Source: the human T2T-CHM13v2.0 reference genome, Homo sapiens
Assembly: GCF_009914755.1 (NCBI RefSeq)
Contig: NC_060946.1
DNA: 64,000 bases
Direction: 5' to 3' (one strand)
Positions 31,501 through 44,400 of the stretch are shown in pieces (position 1 is the stretch's first letter; each line of letters starts with the position of its first letter). Under the pieces are notes generated by a model, which saw only the letters and a program-made list of their open reading frames with translations, was not told where the DNA came from and made no database searches. Both the position numbers and the translations under genes were made by a program.

Positions 31501-34500
31501 TCCATTCCATTCCTTTCTTTCCGCAGGAGCTCACTCTGTCACAAAGGCTGGAGTACAGCGGCACAATCTCAGCTCAAATTTCTTTTCACCATTCCATTGC
31601 ATTCCATTCCATCCAATTCCATTCCACCCTATTTACCTCTAGTCCACTCCACTCCATTCCATTTCACTCCATCCCATTCCATTCGACTCCATTTCACTCC
31701 ACTCCACTCCACTCCACTCCACTCCACTCCACTCCCCTCCACTCCACTCCACTCCACTCCCCTCCACTCCATTGCATTCCATTCCATTTAACTCCATTGC
31801 ATTCCATTCCTTTCTTTCAACAGGATATCACTGTGTCACCCAGGCTGGAGGGCAGTGGCACAATCACAGCTCACATTACATGTCAACTTTCCATTGCATT
31901 GCATTCCATTCCATTCAATTACATTCCATTCCACTTCATTCCATACCACTCCACGCCACTCTACTCCACTGCATTCCATTACATCCGATTCCATTCCACT
32001 CAATTCCACTCCTCTCCACTCCACTGCACTCCACTACACTCCATTCCACTCCATCCCAATCCATTCGGCTCCATTCCACTGAACCCCACTCTGTTCCATT
32101 CCATTGAACTCCACTCCTCTCCATTCCACTGAACTCCACTGCATCCCACTCCACTCCACTTCATTCCATTCCATTCCATCCCATTCTATTCCTCGCCATT
32201 CCACTCCACTCCAGTCCACTCCATTCCATTGCACTGCATTCCATTCCATTCCTTCCTTTCGAGGGTATCTCACTCTGTGACCCAGCCTGGAGCACAGTGG
32301 CACAGTCTCAGCTCACATTTCGTTTCTCCACTCCATTCCATTCCACTCCATTCCATTCCACTCCAATCCAATCCACTCCACTCCACTCCAATCCATGCCA
32401 CTACACTCCACTCCTCTCCATTCCAGTGCACTCCACACCTGTCCATTCCATCCCATTCCATTCCACTCCTTTCCACTCCACTCCATTCCATTCCATTCAA
32501 CTCCACTCCATTCCATTCTTTCTTTTGACAGTATCTCACTCTGTCACTCAGACTGGTGTGCAGTGACACAAAAACAGCTCACATTTCATTTCACGATTCC
32601 ATTCCATTCCATTCCAATCCATTCCATTCCACTGCACTCCACTCCACTCCAATCAATTCCACTCCACTCCACTTCCATCCATTCCTTTCCATTCCATTCC
32701 AATCCCTTCCATTCCACTCCCTTTCCTTCGACAGGATCTCCCTCTGTCACACAGGCTGTAGTGCAGTGGCACAATCTCAGCACACATTTCTTTTCACCAT
32801 TCCATTGCATTCCATTCCATTCCATTCCATTCCATTCCATTCCATTCCACTCCACTCCTCTCCACTCTTTTCCACTCGACTCCACTCCATTCCGTTCCAC
32901 TCTACTCCACTCCCCTCCATTTCATTCCATCCCATTCCATTCCACTCCTTTCCACTCCACTCCACTGAACTGCCTTCCATTCCATTCCATGCCATTCCAT
33001 TCCAATATTTTCTTTTGACAGGATCTCACTCTGTCACCGAGGCTGGAGTGCAGTGGCACAATCTCAGATCACATTTCATTTCACCATTCCATTCCATTCC
33101 ATTCCAATACATTCCATTCCATTCCATTCATTCCATTCTATTCCATTCCCCTCCATTCCGTTCCATTCCACTCCACTCCACTCCATTTTATTCCATTCTA
33201 CTCCATTCCATTGCATTCCTTTATTTCGAATGGATCTCACACTGTCAAAAAGACTGGAGTGCAGTGGCAAAATCTTAGCTCACATTTCATTTTTCCATTC
33301 CATTCCATTCCATTCCATTCCATTCCATTCCATTCCACTCGACTCCACTCCACTCCACTCCATTCCATTCCACTCCACTCCACTTCACTCCACTCCATTC
33401 CATTCCATTAAATTCCATTATATTCCAGTCCACTCCACTCCATGCCACCCCATTACACTCCACTCCACTCTACTCCATTCCACTCCACTCCTTTAGGTTA
33501 CACTCCATTCCACTTCATGCCACTCCATTCCACTGCACTCCTCTCCACTCCCCTCCATTTTACTCCACTCCACTCCATTCCATTCCACTCCACTCCACTC
33601 CACTCCACTCCACTCCATTCCATTCCATTCCAATCCATTCCACTCCATTCTATTCCACTCGACTCCACTCCAATCCATTCCACTCCACTCCATTCCATTC
33701 CACTCCACTCGAATCCAGTCCACTCCACTCCATTCCATTCTATGACATTCCATTCCATTGCTTTATTTTGACTGGATCTCACTCTGTCACCCAGACTGGA
33801 GTGCAGTGGCACAATGTTAGCTCACATTTTACTTCACCATTCCATTCCATTCCATTCCATTCCACCCCATTCCGTTCCATTCTCTTCTTTCAACAGGATA
33901 TCACTGTGTCAAAAAAGGCTGCAATACAGTGGCACAATCTCAGCTCACATTTTATTTCAGCATTCCATTATATTCCTTTCCTTTCCATTCCATTACATCC
34001 CACTCCACTCCATTCCATTCCACTCCAATCCCCTCCCCTCCCCTCCCCTCCCCTCCATGCCATTCCATACCATCCCATTCCATTGCATTCTACTCCATTC
34101 CACTACACTCCAATCAACTCCACTCCATTCCACTTCACTTCAATCCACTCCACTCCATTCCATTCCATCCCATTCCATTTCACTCCATTCCTCTCCACTC
34201 CACTCCATTAATTCCACTCAATCCTAGTGCATTCCACTCCATTCCACTCCATTCCACTCCACTCCACTCCATTCTATTCCATTCCTTTCCATTTCACTCC
34301 ATTCCATTCCATTCCGTTCCTTTCTTTCGACAGGATCTCACTCTGTCACCCAGGCTGTAGTGCAGTGGCACAATCTCAGCTCATATTTCATTTCCCCTTT
34401 CCATTTCTTTCCATTCCATTCCATTCTGTGCCATTCCACTCCACTCCACTCCACTCCACTCCACTCCACTCTATTCCAATCCACTGCACTCCACTCCATT

Positions 34501-35410
34501 CCATTCCATTCCATTCCATTCCATTCAACCCCATTCCGTTCCATTCTCTTCTTTCAACAGGATATCACTGTGTCAAAAAAGGCTGCAATACAGTGGTACA
34601 ATCTCAGCTCACATTTTATTTCAGCATTCCATTATATTCCTTTCCTTTCCATTCCATTCCATCCCACTCCACTCCATTCCATTCCACTCCAATCCCCTCC
34701 CCTCCCCTCCCCTCCATTCCGTTCCATACCATCCCATTCCATTGCATTCCACTCCATTCCACTCCACTCCAATCAACTCCACTCCATTCCACTTCACTTC
34801 AATCCACTCCACTCCATTCCATTCCATCCCATTCCATTTCACTCCATTCCTCTCCACTCCACTCCATTAATTCCACTCAATCCTAGTCCATTCCTCTCCA
34901 TTCCACTCCATTCCACTCCACTCCACTCCATTCTATTCCATTCCTTTCCATTTCACTCCATTCCATTCCATTCCATTCCTTTCTTTCGACAGGATTTCAC
35001 TCTGTCACCCAGGCTGGAGTATGGTGGCACTATCTCAGTTCACATTTCATTTCACCATTGCATTCCATTCCATTGCATTCCATTCCATTCCAATCCATTC
35101 AATTCCATTCCATCCAATTCCATTCCACTCCTGTGAACTCCACTCCACTCCAATTCATTCCATTCCATTCCATTCCATTTCATTCCATTCCATTCCATTC
35201 CATACAATACCATTCCATTCCACTCCACTCCACTCCACTGCACTCCATCCCAATCCATTCCACTCCATTCCACTGTACTCCACTCCACTCCACTCCAATC
35301 CATTCCATTCCATTCCACACCTTTCCATTCCATTCCTTTCTTTCAACAGTATTTCACTCTTTCCAACAGGCTGCAGTGCAGTGCTACAATCTCAGCTCAT
35401 ATTTCACTTC
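25517..35410 (+). repeat. Composite satellite III: (CATTC/CACTC)n blocks punctuated by 29 copies of a ~55-bp antisense Alu 3'-end cassette
   Basis: Consensus cassette 'gacaggatctcactctgtcacccaggctggagtgcagtggcacaatctcagctcac' plus 'atttcatttc'. Starts at about 25752, 26029, 26350, 26757, 27139, 27526, 27817, 28089, 28366, 28783, 29190, 29557, 30034, 30391, 30858, 31140, 31522, 31819, 32261, 32527, 32730, 33017, 33228, 33770, 33892, 34329, 34556, 34988 and 35345. Confidence 0.95.
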
Positions 35411-38400
35411 ATCATTCCATTCAATTCCATTCCACTACATTCCATTCCACTCCACTGCACTCCACTCCACTCCCCTCGACTCCATTCCATTGAATTTCAT
35501 TCCATTCCACTTCACTATACTCCACTCCTCTCCATCCCACTCCACTCCTCTCCATCCCACTCCACTCCACTCCATTCAATTCCATCGAATTCCATGCCAC
35601 TCCACTCCTCTCCCCAACCCTCCACTCCACTCCCCTCCACTTCATTCCATTCGATTCCATCCCATTCCATTCCATTCCATTCCAATCGCGTCCACTCTTC
35701 TTCACTCCACTCCATTCCATTCCACTCCACTCCACTTAATTCCACTCCATTCCTCTCCACTCCATTCCATTCCACTCTACTCCAATCCACTCCACTACAC
35801 TCCACACCATTCCATTCCAGTACACTCCATTCCATTCCATTCCATTCCATTCCATTCCAATCCACTCCTCTCAATTCCACTTCACTCCATTCCACTTCAC
35901 TCCATTCCATTCCACTCCACTCCACTAAATTCCACTCCATTCCTCTCCATTACATTCCATTCCACTCCATTCTACTCCACTGCCCTCAATCCCACTACAC
36001 TCCAGTCCATTCCACTCCTCTTCACTGCACTCCAGTCCATTCCACTATACTGCCTTCCATTTCATTCCATTAAACTCTATTCCACCAATTCCGTACCCTT
36101 CCATTCCATTCCAATCCACTGCACTCCAATCCATTCCACTCTCTCAATTTCAGTCCACTCCATTCCACTGCACTCCACTCCACTTCGTTCCATTGCATTC
36201 CATTCCATTCCATTCCACTCCACTTCTTTCCATTCCACTGCACTCCATTCCATTCCACTCCATTCCTTTCCATTCCATTCCATTCCATTCCATTCCATTC
36301 CATTCCATTCCACTCAACTCCGTTCCAATCCATGCCATTCCATTCCATTCTACTCCACTCCACTCAATTCCACTCCACTCCATTTAATTCAATTCCATTA
36401 AATTCTTTTCCAGTCACTCCATTCCGCTCCACTTCACTCCACTCCATTCCATTCCACTCTACTCCATTCTACTCCAGTCCATTGCATTCCACTCCACACC
36501 ACTCTACTCCACTCCACTCCTCTCCACGCCATTCATTTCCATTCCATTCCATTCCTTTCCACTCCATTCTATTCCACTCCCCTACCTCCATTTTATTCCA
36601 CTCCACTGCATTCCACTACTTTCATTCCCCTCCATTCCATCTCATTCCATTCCATTCCATTTCATTCCATTTCACTCCACTCTATTCCACTGCACTCCAT
36701 TCTACTCCACTCCACAGCACTCCACTCCATTCCACTCTATTCTGTTTCACTATACTGCATTTCCTTCCACTCCATTCCACTCCACTCCACTCCATTCCAC
36801 TCCACTCCACTCCATTTCACTCCACTCCATTCCATTCTACTCAACTCCATTCCACTCCCCTCCACTCCATTCCATTCAATTCCATTCCATTGCACTCCAT
36901 TCCATACCACTCCACTCCATTCAATTCCAGTCCATTTCATTACACTCCATTACACTCCATTCCATTCCACTCCACTCCACTCCAATCCACTCCTTTCCAT
37001 TCCATTCCATGCCTTTCCGTTCCACTTCATTCCATTCCATTCCATTCCTTTCCACGCCAATCCATTCCCCCCACTCCATTCCTTTCCAGTCCACGCCTTT
37101 CCATTCCACTCTATTCCACTCCACACTACTCCATTCCACTGTACCCAATTCCATTCCATTCCACTCCATTCCACACAACTCAACTCCATTCCACTCCACT
37201 CCACTCCATTCCATTCCACTCCACTCTATTCCACTCCACTCCATTCTATTCCATTCCACTCCATTCCATTCCATTCCCCTCACTCCATTTCTTTCCACTA
37301 CTTTAGACTTCAGGTCATTTCCTTCCACAACATTCAACTCTGTTCCACTCCATTCCACTCCTTTCCATTCCACTACATCCCCCTCCATTGCATTCCATTC
37401 TGCCCCATTGCATTCCACTCCACAACATTCCACCCCATTCCACTCCATTCCATTCCAATCCACTTCACTCCACTCTACTTGACTCCACTGCAATCGATTA
37501 TATTCCATTCCTTGCCCATCCATTCCTTTCCATTCAACTCTATCCATTCCACTCCTCTCCACTCCATTCCACTCCACTCCATTCCATTCCACTAAACTCC
37601 ATTCCATTGCACTCCGTTCCATTCCGTTCAACTCCATTCCATTCCACTCCAATCCATTCCATTATACTCCACTCCATTGCCCTCCATTAAACTTCATTCC
37701 TATACATTCCATTCCTTTACATTCCATTTCATTCTGCGCCACTCCATTCCATTCCACTCCATTCCATTCCACTCCACTCCTCTCCACTCCTCTCCTTTTC
37801 ACTCCATGCCATTCCATTCCTCTCTACTACATTCCATTCCACTCCGTTCCACTCCACTCCACTCCATTCCATTCCATTCCATTAATTCCCATTTGATTCC
37901 ACTCCATTCCATTCCATTCAATTCCACGGCACTCCAATTCATTCCACTCCATTCTGTTCCATTCCACTCCACTCCACTCCATTTAATTTCATTACATTCC
38001 CCTCCCTTCCATTCCATTGCATTCCACTAAACTCCATTCCATTGCATTCCACTCCACTCCACTCCATTTCATTTCATTCCACTAAATTCCATTCCATTTT
38101 ACTCCTTTCCACTCCACTCCACCCCGTTCCATTCCACTCCACTCCACTCTACTCCACTCCACTCCATTCTACTCCATTCCACTCCATTCCATTCCATTCC
38201 ACTCCATTCCATTCCTTTCCACTCTATTTCATTCCAATCCTTTCCATTCCACTCCACTTTATTCAATTCCACTCCACTCCACTTCATTCCATTCCATCCC
38301 ACACCATTCCTCTCCACTCCATTTTATTCCTCTCCATTCCACGCCACTCCAATCTACTCCACTCCAATCTACTCCACTCCACTCCAACCCACTGCGTTCC

Positions 38401-41400
38401 ACTCCACTCCATTCCATTCCATTCCAATAAATTGCAGTGCATTTCATTCCATTCCATTCCTATGAATTGCCGTGCATTTCATTCATTCCATTCCATCCTA
38501 ATCAATCCCACTCTGGTCCACTCCATTCTACTACCCTCCATTTAATGCTGCTCAATTCCATTCGACTCCATTCCACTCCATTCCGTTCCACCCCACTCCC
38601 TTCCACTGCACTCCACTCCATTCCACTCCTCTCGATTCCACTGCACTCCACTCCACTGCACTCCTCTCCATTCCACTCTACTCCATTCCACTCCAATCCA
38701 CTCCACTCCACCTCGTTCCACTCCACTCCATTTTATGCCTCTCCAATTCATTCCATTTCACTCCACTTTGTTCCACTCCATTCCACTCTATTCCACTCAA
38801 TTCAATTCAACTCCACTCCAATCCAATACACTCCATTCCATTAGAATCCATTTCACTCCACTTCATTCCATTTCACAGTATTGCACTCCATTTCACTCCA
38901 TTCCACTCCATTCCATTCCATTCCACTCCATTCCACTCCAATCAACTCCAGTCCACTCCACTCAAATCCATTCCATTAAACTCCATTCCATTCCATTCCA
39001 CTCCTCTCCGTTTCATTCCACTCCACTGCATTCTTTTCCACTCCATTCCTCTCCACTCCATTCCCCTCCATTCCATTCCTTTCCACTCCACTCCACTCCA
39101 ATCCACTTCACTCCATTCCACTCACCTTCATTCCTTTTCATTCCATTCCATTCCATTCCGTTCCACTCCACTCGATTCTATTCCAATGCACTCCATTCCC
39201 CTCCATTAAATTCCATTCCGCTCAAACTCACTCCAATCCACTCCACTCCACTCCATTGCATTCTATACCATTCCATTGCAATCCAATCCATTCCATTCCA
39301 CTCTACTGTATTCATTTCCAATCCACTCCACTCCATTCCACTCCATTCAAATCCATTCCATTCAATTTCACCACATTCCATTCCCTTCCTCTCCATTTCA
39401 CTCCACTCTGTTCCACTCCACTCCACTCCCCTCCATTCCACTCTACTATTCATCACTCCATTCCATTCCACTCCCCCCTTTACACTCCAATGCTCTCCAT
39501 TCCAATCCATTATATTTCACTCCATTCCACCTCACTCCACTCCACTCCATTCCATTCCATTCTATTCCATTCCACTCCAATCCACTTCAATCCACTCCGT
39601 TACATTTCATTCCACTCCACTCAATTGAATTCCTTACCATTGTATTCCACTGCATTCCATTCCACTCCTCTCTATGCCACTGCACTCCACTCCATTCCAG
39701 TCCACTGCAATCCACTCCACTCCGTTCCACTGGACTACATTTTATTCCAGTCCAATCCATTCGACTCAATTCCATTCAACTCCAATCCATGCCACTCCAA
39801 TCCACTCCATTCCACTACACTCCATTCCATTCCATTAAAATCCTTTCCATTCCATTCCACTCCATTCCATTCCACTCCACTCCAGTCCATTCCAGTCCAC
39901 TCCAGTCCATTCCATTCCACTCCATTCCAATCCATTCCATTCCACTCCACTCAAATCCCCTCCATTCCGTTCCACTATAATCCATTCTGTTCCACTCCAT
40001 TCCACTCCAATCCACTCCATTCCACTTCACTCCTTTTAATTCCACTGTACTACATTCCATTCCATTCCACTCCTCTCCTCTCCTCTCCAATTCATTCCAT
40101 TCCACTCCATTTCTTTCCACTCAACTCCAGTCCACTCTATTCCACTCCTCTCTATTCCATTCCATTCCACTCCTCTCCATTCCACCTCATTCCATTCCAT
40201 TCCTCTCTACTCTATTCCATTCCATTGCACTCCACTCCCCTCAACTCCACTCCATTCCATTAAAATCCATTCCATTCCATTCCATTCCACTCCATTTCAT
40301 TCCTTTCATTTCCACTCCACTCCACACCATTAATCTCTATGCCATTCCATTCCACTCCACTCCATTCCATTTACTCCACTCAGTTCGACTCCACTCCATT
40401 CCACTGCATTGCTTTCCAATCCATTCCATTCCACTCCACACCATTCCACTCCCTTACTTTCCATACCATTCCACTCCACACCACTGCAATGCATTCCTCT
40501 CCAATCAATTCCACTCCATTTCATTCCATTCAAACCCACTCCATTCCATTCCACTCCCCTCTATTCCATTACAATCCATTCCATTCCATTCAATTGCACA
40601 ACTTTCCATTTCATTCCATTCCACTCCATTCCATTCAATTCCACAAGATACCATTAAATTCCATTAAATTCCATTCCATTCCAATCCACTCGTTTCCACT
40701 CCACTCGTTTCCACTCCAATCCATTCAATTCCATTCCATTCCATTCCACTCCATTCCATTCCCGTCCATTCCATTCCTTTCCTTTCCATTCTATTCCACT
40801 GCACTCCACTCCATTGTATTGCACGTCATTCCATTCCATTCCACTCCACTGCATTCCATTCCATTCCATTCCATTCAATTCCACTCTACTCTATTTCTTT
40901 CCCTCCATTCCACTGCAATCCACTTCATTCCATTACAGTCCACTCCATTCCACCCCACTCCATTCCACTCCTCTCCTTTCCACTCCACTCCACTCCAATC
41001 CACTCCATTCCACCTCACTCCTTTCCATTACACTCCACTCCATTCCATTCCATCCGACTCCATTCCATGTCAATCCTTTCCATTCCATTCCACTCCATTC
41101 CATTCCATTCCACTCCAGTCTATTCCTTACATTCCATTCCATTCTACTCCATTCCACTCTATTCCATTCAACTCCACTATATTCCATTCCATTCCATTCA
41201 ACTCCACGACATTGCATTCCCCTCAACTCCACTCCACTCTACTGAATTCCATTCCACTCCATTCCATTCTGCTCCGTTCCACTCTATTCCACTCCATTGC
41301 ATTCCTCTCCACTCCACACCACTTCACTCCTCTCCACTCCACTCCCTTACATTCAATTCTATTCCATTTCTTTCCATTTTATTCCACCCCATTCCATTCC

Positions 41401-44400
41401 ATTCCATTCCATTCAACTACATTCCACGAAACGCCACCCCACTCCACTCCACTGAATTCCATTCCCGTACATTCTATTCCATTCCATTCCATTCCATTCC
41501 ATTCCATTCCACTCCACTGCATTCCATTCCATTCCATTCCAGTCCGTTCCATTCCCTTCCACTCCACTCCATTCCACTCCACTTCACTCTCCTAAACTCC
41601 ACTCCATTCCACTCGTCTCCACAAAATTCCACTACACTCCATTCCATTCCCCTCCAATCCATTCCATTTCACTCCACTACATTCCATTTCATTCCCTTCC
41701 ATTCCATTCAATTCCACTCCATTCCACTCCACTCCACCCCATTCCACTCCACTCAATTCCTTTCCATTCCATTCTTTCCATTCCATTCCATTCCACTCCA
41801 CTCCATTCCGTTCCATTATACTCCACTCCATTCAACTGCTCTCCACACCATTCCACTGCACTGCATTCCATTCCATTCCCTTCAATTCCTTTCCATTCTG
41901 CTCCAGTCTACTCCATTCAACTCCAATCCATTCCACTCAACTCCAATCCTTTCTATTCCACTACAGTCGATTTCACTCCACTCCACTCCACTCCTATCCA
42001 TTCCACTCCGTTCCATTTCATTCCAGTGCACTCCATTCCATTCCACTCTACTCCATTTAATTTCTCTCCACTCCATCCAACGGCATTCGAACATATTCGA
42101 CTCCATTCCACTCCACTGCATGCCATTCCATTCCACTCCTCTCCTCTCCATTCCACCCCTCTCAATTCCATTGCATTCCAAACCATTCCACTCCATTCCA
42201 TAGCATTCTTTTGCACTCCATTCCATTCCATTCCACTCCTTTCCATTCCATTCCCTTCCTTTCCACTCTACTCAACTCTTTTACTCCACTCCGTTGCATT
42301 CAATTCCATTCCACTCCACTCCATTCCATTCCATTCCATTCCATTCCAATCCACACCACTTCATTTCTTTCCACTCCATTGCCATCCATTCCTTGCCACT
42401 CCATTCCATTCCACTCCACTGCATTCCTTTCTGGTCAATCCATTCCACTCCACTCCATTCCATTCGACTACATTCTATTCCACTCCTCTCCACTCCACTC
42501 CACACCACTCCATTCCATTCCATTCCATTACACTCCACTCCATTCCATTCTACTTCAATCCATCCCATTCCATTCCACCCCATTCCATTCAATTCCATTC
42601 TTTCCACTCCACTCTACTTCTCTCCATTCCACTCCACTCCATTGCATTTCATTCCACTCCATTCCATTCCACTCCACTCAAGTTCACTGCATTCCATTCC
42701 CTTCCATTCCATTCCATTCCATTCCGTTCAAATCCACTCCATTCTATTCCACTCCAGTCCATTCCACGCCACACATATCAACTCCATTAGATTCCAATCC
42801 ACTCTACTAAACTCCACCCCATTCCATTTCACTCCATTCCATTCTATTCTACTCCACTGCACTGCATTCCACGCCACTCCATTACACTCCACTGCATACG
42901 ACTCCAATCCATTCCATTCCATCGCATAACATTCCACTCAACTACATTCCATTCCACTCCACTCCATTCCATTCTACTCCATTGAATTCCACTCAACTCC
43001 ATTCAATTCCACTCCATTCCATTCCATTACATTCCGTTCCATTTCAGCCCATTCCATTCCCTTCCTTTCCATTCCATTGCATTCTCCTACACTACACACC
43101 ACTCTACTCCACTTCTCTCCATTACACTCCATTCAGTTCCAGTCCATTTCACTCCATTCCATTCCATTCCATTCCACTCCGCTACATTCCATTCCACTCT
43201 GCTCCATTACATTCCACTCCACACAACTACTTTCCACTCCATTCCACTCCATTCCATTCCACTCCACTCCACTCCCCCAATCCACACCACTCCACTCCAT
43301 TCCCCTAAATTCCATTCCATTGCATTCCATTGCATTCCATTGCATTCCATTCCATTCCATTCCATTCCATTCCATTTCACTTCACTCCATTGCATTCCAT
43401 TCAACTTCACTGCTTTCCATTCCTTTCCATTCCAGTGCACGCCTTTCCTCTCCATTCCACTCCATTCCACACCATTCCATTCCATTCGTCTCCATTCCCT
43501 TCCACTCCACTCCACTACATTCCATTCCACTCCGTTCCATTCCATTCCACTTCACTCCTTTCCATTCAACTCCAATGCATTCCACTTTACTCCATTCCAT
43601 AGCATTCCATTCCCATACATTCCATTCCAATCCATTCCATTCCCCTCCACTCTTCTAAATTCCACTCCAATCCATTCCACTCCACTGCAATCCATTCCAT
43701 TCCACTCCATTCTATACGTTCCAATCCATTATATCCCATCCATTGCACCCCATTCCGTTCCATTTCACTTCATTTCATACCATTCCACTCCACTCCACTC
43801 CACTCCACTTCTTTCCATTCCATTCCTAGCCATTCCACACCAATCCACTCCACTCTTCTCCATGTCATTCTGCTCCATTCCATTCCACTCCTCTCCATTC
43901 CATTCCACCCAACACTATTCCAGTCCTCTCCATTCCACTCCACCACATTCCATTCCATTCCTTTCCATTCCATTCATTTCCATTCCACTCCACTCCATTC
44001 CATTTAACTCAACTATATTTCACTGTATTCTCCTCATTCCATTCCACTCCACTCCACTCCAGTCCACTCCACTCCATTCCTCCCCTTTCCATTCCTTTCC
44101 ATTCCACTCTACTCCACTGCATTCCATTCCACTCCACTCCACTCAACTCCATTCGAGTCCATTCCAATACATTCCATTCCACTCCACTCCATTCTACTCC
44201 ACTAGACTCCTTTCCACTCCCGTCCACTCCTTTCCACTCCATTTCACTCCATTCCACTCTATTCCACTACACTTCATTCCACTCCAATCCATTCCATTCC
44301 ATTACAATCCAATCCACTCGGTTACATTCCACTTCACTCCATTCCAATCCACTCGATTCCCTTCAACTCCACCCCATTCCATTCCACTCCTATGCATTCT

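Noticed and set aside
25740-35410. CRISPR-like repeat/spacer array
   Set aside because: The constant unit is an Alu fragment and the 'spacers' are 70-480 bp of pentamer satellite, not unique sequence. There are no cas genes and the context is primate genomic DNA.
37300-37325. Short non-pentamer stretch 'ctttagacttcaggtcattt' in SatIII as a degenerate Alu cassette
   Set aside because: Too short and lacks the cassette core (caggctggagtgcagtgg). More likely clustered mutation or a small insertion.
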